A DNA stretch of 62,912 bases, counting the filler, from Choristocarpus tenellus KU-1152 (Eukaryota > Protista > Phaeophyceae): NCBI GenBank assembly GCA_964200185.2. It is 10 parts of 10 records of this genome, joined end to end, with 100 filler letters (N's around TTAATTAATTAA, not from the genome) between each part and the next. Parts side by side here need not be neighbours in the genome. Positions count along the whole stretch, not along the records: positions 9,630 to 15,849 come from CAXNAD020008652.1; positions 15,950 to 20,616 come from CAXNAD020013547.1; positions 20,717 to 25,828 come from CAXNAD020011830.1; 7 more parts are not named here. The stretch is one strand, 5' to 3'. The notes beneath the pieces were generated by a model that was not told the DNA's origin, did no database searches, and saw only the letters and a program-made list of their open reading frames with translations. The position numbers and the translations under genes are program-made. This document shows positions 11,867 to 23,940 of the stretch, one piece after another. How positions within the stretch are numbered: the stretch's first letter is position 1; every line of letters starts with the position of its first letter.

Positions 11867-14800
11867 ATGTCTTCAGCGGGGGTTAGTACACCTCACCATC
11901 AGCGGATACGACGGAATGCCACCCGGGCAAGCCCCATCGCTCACGCTGGATGGTCGTGTGGTATTAACAGAGCTGGGGTTGTAATATGGTATTGCCCTCC
12001 TGATGGGCAGAGCCGTTGCGGGAACATGAAAGACCTCAGAGCATACTTTCGAAAGCGTGGATATCTTCTCGAAACTGAAAAGGATAAACAGGACCTGAAG
12101 ACTGAGTATCCTTTCACGAGAAACGTGGATGAAATTCCTGCTCGTTTCAAGAAGGTTTACATCGACACCTCTTCTCCGACGGAGGAGGAAAATGCTAGTG
12201 CACAGAAGCAGGTTGTTTATGTGTGTTGCAGTTTTATCTACTTCTGCAAAGCGTTTCAATTGATTGCCAGAGTTCGACAAACCACTTCAAGTCACAAACT
12301 CTAGGATCATCTCAAATAATATGGTTCGGACCTCTCATTGATTCTTCTTCCTTGTAACACTCGCAACAGACTAGCAATGCCTGCCATTAAGAGGGAACGA
12401 TATTTAACTCCCAACCCTATGACTCTCTTAGCCATTGCTGTCTCTTGCAAAACATCCCACAAATCGTCCCACAAATCGTCCTATTTGCCTTTAAACACCC
12501 TTCCTATCTATACATTTGGGATCAGGCCCCGCACAGCGGAAGAAAACGTGTGCCTACCAAGGCAGCGAACCCGCAGGCATTTAATCCTTCCTTTCAGGAT
12601 CTCTACAAGTGGCTGGAGGATAACCAAAATTGGGAGACTGTTCCAACTGTTACGGGAGGGGAAAATTTCCTAAGACCTCGTCGTGGCCCGACTGACAAAG
12701 ACCCTCGCGTATTCGCGACAATGAAGGAGGTGGGCAGTGTATGTGCAGAGTGAATATGAGGTGTTTGATTTCTTGCCTTCACATTGATTTTCTTAGGGAA
12801 TTAGGTTGGGTGAGTTGTAGAGAATGTGAATGAGAATAGCTTTTTGGATACGATGAGAATATATAGTCGGGGTGGTACAGAATGTGTGGGGCGTTAAGGT
12901 TAACATGGAAATGTTGGACTCTAGTGAGAGGGGAACTAGCCGACTAAAGGGATGTTGAGATTGGGGAGCGTCTAATACTGCCAAAACGATCCCACGAGGA
13001 AATGTCTCAGTCCCACCCCCATACAATGATAGAAAATCAAACATCAGTTGACATTAGAGCCAACCCCCATCTATTCTTCCACCCTGAAAAGTCACATCCT
13101 TGATGAATGCCTGTCCTCCTGCCCCCCCCCCCCGGTTTTGTGCCTCATTCACCCATACCAAAACGTGCAGGTCATTGATTTTGTGGGACGTGATCCTTCC
13201 CTGTGCAGAGCGTATGAGAAGAGGCGGGGAGTACCTTTGCTACCTCAAGCTGCCCCATTGTTGAACTCAAAGCATGGGAAAGGAATGTCGCTTCAACAAA
13301 AAAATAAGGCAGGGGTGGGTACTGGTAAAAGGACCAATCGGAAGGCGAAAGGTGCTGCAGCAGCTCCAGCGGCTTCAGCAGCTGGGGCGTGGATTCCAGA
13401 CAGGGTCCAAGTAGCACTGACAACAAAGAACGATATTTCCATCGAATCACGAACTGGGGGGGGTGGGAAATCACGTGGGAGGACAGTCCCTGGACGAAAG
13501 AACTCACCAGACAAGTTGAATCAGAGAGGGGATGGTGATGGGCGTGGACCCACGAACTACCACTCAAGCAGAAGCCATAGCCTCACTGGAGTCCAGAGGG
13601 CCAGTGGTAGCCGGAGCCGGAGCAGGAGCAGGAGCAGGGGTCGGGAAAGCAGTGGCTTTGCAGCACAGGAGAGTGAGGAGCCTAAGGTGAAGGATTACTG
13701 GGATTTTCTGAAGGGAGTGGAGAAGTGGAGGTTTGTTTCCTCCAGGGGCTGGACTGTGACTGGTCCAGGTGCTGAGGGTCCCAGGATGGAGCAGGATGAG
13801 GTGAGTTAGTGGGTATTTTGTAAGGCAGGGAGAGGGAGGGGGAGGGTAGGGTATTGCTGGCAAGTGGGTGTGTGACCAGGTGGGGAGAATTTGATCCGAG
13901 AAAGAGGTAGAGATTCAAGACTCTGGAACGCTTCCAAACGGGTAAGTGAAATTTCTTGTCATTCTATATGACATGTGTCCTCTGCCACACTATTGTATAC
14001 AATATTAAAGCAGTGACTTGCTGACTTGTGCTACCGAAGCTGGCCAGGATGTTGCGGGTCATGTGGTGATTTGCCTCTGCTACTACTTGATGGACCCTTG
14101 CCATCCTCGCCCCCACCCCCAACCTTGTCCCAACTGTTTATTTTGTCTGGCAAACAAGATGTACATCCAATTGTGATTTTTGGAGGAGACACACACCCCC
14201 CACATGTTACATGCGCTATAATTGACCCCAAGTTGACCCCCCCTCTATCCTTCCACGCCTCGCTCCCCCCCCCTCCCCCTTGGCCTGTGACTTTCTTTAG
14301 TCTGACTGACCACCGTTGCTGTTTCCTTCTTCCTATCTCACATCCCTACTGCTACACTCAAAACCTCAATCCTGCAGATCCCCAATCATATCAACAGCCA
14401 CCCTGAACTGCAATCACAGTTCCTGTTGTGGTGGGAAAAGGAGCAGGAGGATTCGGAAAGCCAGGGCAGCGATGACAATGACTGCGCCAATAACACTGAC
14501 TCTGACATTGAGGAAAAGGATGTATCCTCAGAAGAAGAGTCTGAGTTCGATCCTGAGCCTGAGCAGGAGCCCAAGCGGGCAGTTGAAGGGGGCCTAGGCG
14601 GCGGTGACTGCTCTGGTGCTGTCCTCAATGGATCTCCAGCTCTATACGATCCAAATATATTCAGGTTGGAGGAGGACGGTCACAGTGAGGAGGGGAGTGA
14701 TGCTTCATGTTATGTCGAGATGGATGGACTGAGGGATGCACAGCAACAGCTGTTCCCAGATGAGAGCCACGTCAAAAAAAGAGGGAAGAAAAGCAGGGGC

Positions 14801-14941
14801 AGGGGCAGAGTGAAGGCCGGGGCAAGCTCTTCTGCTGGTGCGGGTGGTCGAAGGAAGTCAAGGCTGGAGGCAAGGGGATCTGTGGAGAGGGGTGTTGGTG
14901 ACAAGGAGAATCTGGGACAGGAGATTCACAGCTCCAGGTGA
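11867..14941 (+). CDS. Uncharacterised probable nuclear protein with N-terminal MBD-like module, two related Trp-containing modules, RS tract and acidic tract
   Basis: Exons 11867-12211, 12526-12729, 13171-13800 and 14378-14937/14941 are all phase 0 with GT-AG sites. GWSCG...VIWYCPPDGQSRCGNMKDLRAYF resembles the MBD pattern GW...VYYxxPxGxxxRSxxELxxY. Also SRSRSRSRSR, a D/E-rich region and basic KKRGKKSRGRG. Confidence 0.75.
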
Positions 14942-15039
14942 CAAGGAGGGATTGAAGTGTGGGGGTGAGGGAGTAGTTTGGTTGCATGATGAACTGATGC
15001 TTCTATGCATACAAGCATGCACTAGTACACACTTTCAAA

Positions 15040-15356
15040 CACACTATTTGTACACACTAAATATACGCACTATTTGTGCACACTATTTGTGTGCAATATT
15101 TGTATTCACTATTTGTATTCACTATTTGTATTCACTGTTTGTACACGCTGTATGTATACACTAAATACACTATTTGCGCACACTATTTGAACACATTATT
15201 TCTATACACTAAATGTATACACTATTTGTTCACACTATTCGTACATAGTATTCATGGACAATATTTGTATACACTCTTTGTATTCAGTGTTTGTACACAC
15301 TATATGTATACACTATATGTATACACACACACACACACACGCACACACACACACAC
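15040..15356. repeat. 13-bp minisatellite (consensus ATACACTATTTGT, ~22 degenerate units) grading into (CA)n
   Basis: The periodicity is directly visible. Confidence 0.9.
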
Positions 15357-16491
15357 CTTATGGTTGCCCTCCTAAGGCCTATGGGTTGTCCTGGGATGTA
15401 GCACTACTCACGCTCTACTGTTGATTATGTCTGATGCCAATTTTCATTCACATGTCAAGACTACGCACTCAACAACCATGGCACAGGTTGTAAGACAAAT
15501 TTGCCAAGACTCCTGTTATCTCTTCAGTAAGTATGATACTGGAGGGTATTGTACCACCCGAGAGTCTATGGTGCTCAACAGTACTCCAACCCCCGCCCCC
15601 CCCTCTCCCTCTTCCCCTTTGACCTCCATGCCATTGTTTGATCCACAAAGATGTGGTTGGTGGTTTCTCTACCTGTGAGATAATTCGTACATACAGCATA
15701 TACACAGTATTTGTGTGTGTATGTGTGCACATCTTCTTTTGAAAGTCTCAGCAAAATATTTTGTTTCTTCTGTTAGGATAGGGGGGGGGGGGGGGGGCCC
15801 CCACTGATCAAAGGGGGGGGGCAAGAGGGGGGAAAAAAAAGAGAATTTTNNNNNNNNNNNNNNNNNNNNNNNNNNNNNNNNNNNNNNNNNNNNTTAATTA
15901 ATTAANNNNNNNNNNNNNNNNNNNNNNNNNNNNNNNNNNNNNNNNNNNNCCCCCCCCTCCCAGATGCTTTGGGTCTTAGGACGTGATGGCGTGGTTCAAA
16001 TGCAGTGTTTCCCTGAAGATGTGTGGGAACTATAAAAGCCACCACGTTTTGTATGTTTTTTGTACATCTGGCGGGACATCTGGAGGGGAATTGCGTCCGT
16101 TCGTCCGTAGTTTGTTTTGTGATAAGATACGGATGGGTATGTGAGCAGACGAGTGTATTCCACGACCGAGTGGTGGAGTCTAACCAAACAAGTACGCCAT
16201 TAGCGGAGAGTAATATATACGGAGTACAAAAGTGTGCGTAGAATTTGTTGTTAGCGTGTTTTTTTCGTGCAAAACTGTGGAGCACAACACTTTTGCTTGT
16301 TGTGCATGGAACCTGGGGAATCTCCATCTTATTCTCTGCTTATAGAGGGACCCTGTTGTGCATAATAATGCATACAAACATACATGCATACATACTACAC
16401 AGAGCTTTACAAATATTATGGCGAGCTTGCTCACTGCAACATTTCAAACCACTACTTGTACTACTATACCGACTTCCCATGGTCGGTCGAT

Positions 16492-16740
16492 CATCTGAAC
16501 GCCTCAACAAGAATATCGGTTATCACCAGTTCTTTCGCTGATTGCAAGCTCTCACTCCACAAGTAACAGCTAACGAATTTTGGCGATTTGAAAGCTTTCA
16601 CAAAAATATGGACAAGTTCTCCCTCTTCTGTTGGCAAGCTTTCACTCCAAAAAAACGACGAATTGAAGAATCTGGCCATTTGAAAGCTTTCACACTGAAA
16701 TTGATCGGCGGACTGCAGGATGATTTCGAAACATTTCACA
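16492..16740. repeat. Degenerate tandem repeat with TGAAAGCTTTCAC-like motif every 44-48 bp (~90-bp higher-order unit)
   Basis: Motif copies start at 16495, 16542, 16588, 16632, 16680 and 16726. Confidence 0.7.
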
Positions 16741-17269
16741 TTCCTTATCTCATAATCCGTTCCTGATCTCACGAACATACTGCTATATTCTGGAATACAA
16801 TCCTACCATAACCGATCCCCACATTTAACTCTGATCCTTCTAAGATTTGCAGGTTAAATGCGGACAACCTCGGCTCTTCATTGTAAGCAAGTATACCATT
16901 AAATACTACAGTGAACTAATGTATGGATACTTGAGAAGAATAATCGTATCATGCCCGCTTGCTCTTAAGTGAGGGTAAAGCTTCCAGGAGAGCAGGCTCC
17001 ATCACGGAGCGATTTTCTTCTCTTTGTAGCCTTGACTGAGAATCTGTGGAGACCATCAAGGGTGCTGGCGTATTCAAATCGGACATGTGACCATAAGTGA
17101 GAATCTTTGGGTGTGAGTAGTTAAAATGTGGTTGGAACTAAAGAAACATACGAGAGTAACTTGATAATGCCTGGAACTACACTCTCCAACACACATGGAG
17201 GCGGATACGTTTCACACTGCTGCTATATGGGACAAATATTGTAACATTGCCATCATGTTAACTACTAAT

Positions 17270-17469
17270 GACCCAAAGTAAACGAGACTTAACCAGGTTT
17301 TGGCCGTTTTGCATCAAAAGAAATTTTTTAATCATTTACACTTCGTCCATATTTCTGTCGTTGAAGTGCGAATATCCTGTACGCATGTTCCTAAACAACA
17401 GAATTTTGCACGTATTTGCCAGCATCCACAAAATGCAACTTTGAGTACTTCTCTCGTTTACTTTGACTC
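17270..17469. mobile_element. MITE type B, TSD AAT/AAT
   Basis: GACCCAAAGTAAACGAGA...TCTCGTTTACTTTGACTC with AAT on both flanks. Confidence 0.8.
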
Positions 17470-17552
17470 AATGTTATAGACATTGACATGTGCTGAAGCT
17501 GGATATATTTGTTTCTGAGAGGTCATTGCTTGCAATGTGTGATGGTGAACGT

Positions 17553-17810
17553 GAGTGAAAGCATTAGAGAGGTCGGCAGGTTTGGGTCCTTTGGCATTCT
17601 AAGCCACCTCTACTACCCTCGCACTACACCCTATTTCATTGCTTTATGTGCACAATAGTGTGCGCAAAATTGATATTCCCCCTTTCGACACAAAAAGTGA
17701 CACCACAAATATTCAAGGGATCTTTCCTTAATTGTACAAAATGACGTCATTTTGGCTTTTCTTGGGTTCCATCAAATTCAATCTCGCCTGCCTCACAATA
17801 ATTTTGGCTA
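17553..17810. mobile_element. MITE type A (uninterrupted)
   Basis: Homologous to 2832-2905 plus 3167-3353. Confidence 0.65.
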
Positions 17811-18678
17811 GTTGTGGGCATTATTCTATCTTTGTAGTAGCTGCCGCAAGGAATCTCTCAAGGCGTTGACTTTCATACTTCAAAGCAAAGTAGTGGTGGT
17901 ACCAGGGTGACACACTTTTCGGACTATTCATATGGAAATGTCCGTCCATTCCGAATGTTTAGTTTGTTTGATACATACCTTACCGTGGTAGATAGTAGTA
18001 TTTATAGTAGTAGTAGTAGTAGCAGTAGTACCGTAGAAGTACTTGTAGGATTTCCTCTACACCATAGTTTAGACTGGGCTAAGCAATCCCCTTGATATGA
18101 AATAGTAAAAAATTATGCACTTCCAAGTTCTTTAGATACAAGCAAATTTCAGTTTTCGACGATGATGTAGGCATCACAAACAGTATAATAAGCACTCACC
18201 TTTTGGAGTTCATAGGTTTTTTATACGAAAGGCAACAGTTTTCATCTTCACACGTCCGAGTTTCAAGGGCACACTATGCACGGAGTGAGGTATAAGAAAA
18301 TCCACACTATTTGTGAGCGACTTGCGGGGGTTGTTGCTGACAAGCCCAGCGTAATAGGCCTCACTCAGCCTGGAATGGTATTGCTGCGCCTGACTGTGTG
18401 TGTGTGTGTGTGTGTGTGTGTTTGTGTGTGAGATACTATATATATTGTATGAATTACAAAATCTAACCATAAAATTTCAGTACGTTACATATCTTTTTAA
18501 GGTTTAAGAATACGGGGAGAGGATTTCTGTATGAGCTGTCGACTCTTATTGCAGGTGGTAGGGGGGCGGAGAGCGTCAGTCTAAAGGGAATATTTGAAGG
18601 TGCGCGTGACAGATTGTGTCAGTGCCTAAATGGCGATCTCTAGGCGTGTCATGCATTTGAAACTTGAGAAATCGTATT

Positions 18679-18855
18679 GACCCAAAGTATCTGAGGGGGG
18701 GGGAGTCTACACCAGGGTGTCCATTTGGGTCAAAATCAGGAAACGTGTTTTTTCATTATCGATCGGACGTATGCAACCAAATAACCCAAAAATCGCAACA
18801 TGAAAAAATTGACCCCAAATGGATAGCCGCTACCGCGCCTCAGACACTTTGAGCC
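18679..18855. mobile_element. MITE type C (~175 bp, poly-G), TSD ATT/ATT
   Basis: GACCCAAAGTATCTGAGG...CCTCAGACACTTTGAGCC. Confidence 0.85.
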
Positions 18856-21427
18856 ATTGGTGGGCTAGAAGGGACTTGACTGACTATGATGTTTTCCCTT
18901 CCTTCTCAACCACCTTCATATTGTCAGTCGAGGAGAAACTTCAACTATTACGGATATACTACATATATTTTCAAAAATACACCTCTTGTTGGTTTACTCC
19001 TTTGTTGTTTGTGCTGTATTATTTCACAGACCACGTTATTGCTATGTTTCTTGTTTTGTTTACTTGATGCTTTTCCCCCCCTACATGACAGCAAAATAAC
19101 AGTGGGCGTAACAGTATATTGTGTGCTGTGTGTAACATAAGTATCATTTAAAGATGCATAGAACCAACACCACCATACCTTCAAAATTTCATGCATATGC
19201 TTGAGTCGTACAACACTTTGTTGCATTCTACTCCAAATTCAGTACTAGTGATAGTACAGTCATAACCACAGTGTGAAAACTACTTCTCGCTTGCTCTTGC
19301 TTAGGTGTGGTCTCGGACCAACTGTTCTCTCCTCTGGTCAGGAGCAGGCTCACTGAGCTCCATCATAACATCTGACCCAAGCAAGGATGGAATGGGGAAA
19401 CATAACAGGAGGTAGGCGGTCAGACAGATAGGAATCGAGGGATAGCAGAGAGAGAGAGAGAGAATGCAGTAATGATGCGATGTTGCATCAATTTGAAGTG
19501 ATACGAGTACGTGCAGTGTGCATAGGGGGGTGTGCACTCGCTCTTCTTGCAATCTGCAGAAGATGGAAGATGTCAATGGCATGCTGAACACACACAGAGG
19601 AAGAGAGGCACGCATATGAGGATAGAACCGCCAATCGTCATGTTCTCACTGTTTGGAGTAGCTGTCGTAAGAAATCCCTCAACTTGTCAACTTTCATACT
19701 TCCAAGCAAAGTAGTATTCCCAATCACTTCCTAACAACCAGTACTTTATTTTACCATATTGACCCACCGTTTCTGACTACTAGTGGTGTGGAGTAATCCA
19801 TCCGTACCAAAATATCTTCTTTCATTGATTCATCACTTGCCATGATAGGTAATCGTAGAAAGTTCTGTTCTAGAAGAAGTTGCAAGATTTGTTCAACACC
19901 ATAATCGAGGCTAGACTGTACAGTTCCTACAATAATGTTTGCAAATACTAAGGAGTATAAAAATAATGGGAGGAAATAAGAACAACTAATGTTCAGTCTG
20001 ACCACAACAAAGAGACCACAAACACTACAGTAAATACTCTACACGTCGGACAAATCGTGCTTGAAATCATTAATGCTTCCCAAATCAATAGAAAATATGA
20101 ATGTACAAATATTTTTGTGTGAAGATTGAAGGAGTGGTGACGATGTACAAGTCATTCTTACCCTTGAATCTTGTACCACAAATCAAGTGCTGAGTACAAC
20201 TAATGTTGAGGAATGATGTAGAAATCCTGATTTGTCCATACAACCTTTTTGGGTTACCATATACACATGATTCGAGTTAGATGACAAGAAAACAATGTTA
20301 GCATCATTAAAATGGAAGTAAGGCCTATTATGAACCAAACGATTTCCTTCTGAAAAGCACAAAACAAGTCTTTACCTTGGTAGATGTATCACAAAAGTCA
20401 AGTTTGTACAATAGAATACATTAATTTCTGGTCAAAAGAACTTATACCCAAATTCGAGGCAAGACCTGTCAGATGATGTTTTCCCAGATCCACTCCCAGT
20501 TGTGTAGGGCTAACCTAGCTTGGAGGTCTACCAGCCATGTACCCATAACATTGAAAAATTCCGAGATCTAAGGGAGTGCTTGTAGTATACCTGGTATTCA
20601 AATAGCAAATAGAAGANNNNNNNNNNNNNNNNNNNNNNNNNNNNNNNNNNNNNNNNNNNNTTAATTAATTAANNNNNNNNNNNNNNNNNNNNNNNNNNNN
20701 NNNNNNNNNNNNNNNNCCCCCCCCCCCCCCCCCCTGCCCTTCTCCCCTTTTTCTTCTCCCCCCCCTTTTTTACCCCCCCCCCCCCCCCCCCCCCCCCCCA
20801 ACACTTCGTTTTTGTATATCCAATGATACGCTTACAACTTCCAGCTTGTTGATGAAGTATTAAAGGTCAAGCCCCCGTGACATGCAATTACCAGACTAAC
20901 CCACACAAACCCTAGCCAAAAAAACACCTCAAAGGGTAACTGGAAACCGCTCCTGGTACCTGACACGCTCAAACACTTCTGAGCCCCCCCACCTCTCCGA
21001 AATCAAAATAAACTCAAGTAGCAAAGTAGCAGTTGCGGCTTTCTAAGGGATCAATGGGCACAACTAACACAACAACAGTACGCGAGGGTGATCAACAATC
21101 TGTGCACTTTCAAGGCTTTAGATGTAAACAAACCATATGAAAGTGTAGACAAGAACTCCTTTCTCTTCTCGGTATCTGTGCAAAACAGTTGTAGAACGGG
21201 CAACTTTTCAATTGGAATGATAAAGAGACACACAACCAGTATGTGAGAGTTATGTCCCATCTGCTTTGCAGCAATAGATCCCATACCCAGCTGTACGTCC
21301 CACCCTTGACACCATGGCTCAACCCAAGAGCTCTATCCACAAATCACCACCTCCCACTTCACAACATTGAATTCCACCTACCAAACTCCTCAAGACACAG
21401 AGAGAGAGAGAGAGAAACATAGCAAAC

Positions 21428-23102
21428 CTCTTGAGCCTTTGCCAAAATCCTCCAGGTCCCAAACCCTGCTGCAGGCATGGGAATCACCCTGTCACCAGGC
21501 ATCAGACTCTTCACAGATGTTCCTACAGCTATCACCTCTCCTACACCCTCATTTCCAGCCACAGCTGGCATTGGAGGGAGGAGACCATAGGTACCCTCTA
21601 TCTGCCCATCCCGTGTTGTACAATCATAGACATTGGGGGTGGTGATTGGTGGTGGGGGGAGTAGCATCAATAGTGCAAACAGATAAACAGGGGTTGAGTT
21701 TGAGTGTGTATGCATGTTTGTGCATGTGTGTATAATGTCTTAGTGACTGATTAGAAGTGCTGGAAGAAACTAATGACAGTACCTGTACTCACACATGGGT
21801 ACGGACCAGCACTCGAATTTTTTTCAATAAATTTCTCACTAATCTCTTTTACTGCTATGACTTCATTTCTAGCATGTCGAAAATACAGAGTATATCGGAC
21901 AGCTCAAAACGACACACATCACACCAGAAGACCTGTGCACACATAGACTGATACAGGCGCACACACACAAACACACACACCTGATTGATGTCCGAGGGGT
22001 TGATCGGAGCAAACAGCATTCGCACAGCTACTTCACCTGGCTCCAGATTGCCAATGTCATCATCACCGTCTAACCTACAGAACAAAAAAATCCCACGCAC
22101 GGTGAGGGGTAGAGACACAGACTCAATTTCAAGCACAGATCAGATGTGAATGATGAACTCCATCAATGACTGACAGAGCAAAACAAGAATACCTCGTGTG
22201 CTCCATACAACCTTTAGCACCTTCCCCCCTTCCCATTCCCCTGTTCCCTAGCACATTTATACAGCACCTTTACAGTCTCTGGTCACAAGATCAGCCCTGA
22301 TCGTGACTCTGATCACAATCTGAACAAACTGTGGGAGGTAGTGAATACTCTACCACAAAAGTGACATTCACGTACCCATTGACTGATCTAGAATCTGTTG
22401 CAACCCTACTGTTGTCCACTTTTCTATTTTTGGGGTTGTACACTGTGTAAATGGTCGGTTAGGTGTCACAGGAGAGTGGGGAATACTTGAAACATAGATC
22501 TACTTCCACAGTAACGATCAAAATTGCCAGGCAGGTGTGCTTCGATATTTCGCATCAAATAACATATTGCTGTATTGTCATGAAAAACACAGTACATAAA
22601 CAAGCACCGTAAAATGAAATAACTCTTTGATAAATGAAGCAGGGGGGCACTAACGTTGGTGCCACTTCGCTGTCCCTATCTTCTATCACGCCCCACTAAT
22701 AGTTGGAGAAAATCCCCGGGAAATCCCAACTACGAGCGAGTGCCAAGCACTACCAGTCTAGTTCTTCGAACATCATAATATTTAAAGGTGATACGTGAGG
22801 TTGTGAAGTTGGAGGCTATGCGAAGTCCATACCATATCGTAAGTCACTTCAGTAGTAGCCAGCTTAATCGTATTTACGATTGGCGGTCGGCAAGAATACC
22901 TCAATGCCTTCCTGATCCTCTCGCAGAACATGGCCATAACTCACCTCAATACTTTCTCCGGATCCCCCCTTTCTGAATATCGTACTGTGGCCAGCGTTCT
23001 CGTGACAGTGGCAACATGACTGAGGATGACATTTTCCCGCAACGTGGACCGTTGGAAGATATTGAGCAACCTCGCAGTACCCGGTCGGAGCGTTGCAGCC
23101 AT
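21428..23102 (-). CDS. MECR: Mitochondrial trans-2-enoyl-CoA/ACP reductase (ETR1/MECR), 5' exons; 3' part not found on this contig
   Basis: Exons 23102-22945, 22074-21981 and 21601-21428 are phase-compatible. An Arg-rich presequence is followed by [65 protein letters not shown]...GFGTWR, the MECR signature. Confidence 0.93.
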
Positions 23103-23940
23103 GGGCTTTCTTAGCCCTGCAACAGCACTACCTTCTACACAGTCGCGAATAGCCTGATCTTAGCGAAGCTCACCTGTCCGAGGTTGGGCCATTCGAAAAG
23201 ATGCAACAGTAAGTGGTTCGTGGCTAAAACGGACGCACCTATGTTCTCCTGTCTCGTAGGGGATTCCGCGATAACCGGGGGACGATCACAAGCAAGGTAT
23301 GGGTTTGAACCTTCCACAGGAGACTAGGAGGTCACTTGGAATGTGGAAATGAATTCAGTTGGAGGTCAAGGAGTAAATATGTCACGAACCCAAACGGAGT
23401 ATGTGGGAACCTCAGAAGAAATATGCCTGAAGGGAAGGTTCGGTGCAGGTGAAGAACTGTGCTGTGCCACCCAGCGACATATAAAATGAGTCGTGGGCTG
23501 GGGAGGACAGAGGACAACTTGTAGGAGGTGGGCAGGTGAGGTGGGTCCAAGGTCGAGAAATGTACTCATTTTGGAGAGTAATCAACACGTTCAATATTGC
23601 ACTGGCTCTATTGATTGTTGCGAACAAGGTTAGGGTATGTAGAACTCTGGTTTGTTTTGGAACGGATGTTACTTGATTGAGCTGGGAGGAAATAGTGTGG
23701 GATTTATGTAAGGCACTACATCCACCATGAGCAAGAGTGATACATCTAGGACAGGTTATGCAACCGAAGTGAGTCAAAACCTTGCACTCTGTGAATATGG
23801 CGTGGTCGAAATGAGGTTGATATGATCATAGCGTGGGTTGGTTCAACTCCTGTAGCAAGTCCTCCGTCCTCTTGTTTCCTTCGTTGATATATTCCTCCCA
23901 TACCACTAACTTCTAAAATACTCGACCTTCAATTTTCCAG

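Noticed and set aside
16492-16740. CRISPR array
   Set aside because: The repeats are only ~14 nt and degenerate, alternate spacers are homologous, there are no cas genes, and the context is eukaryotic.
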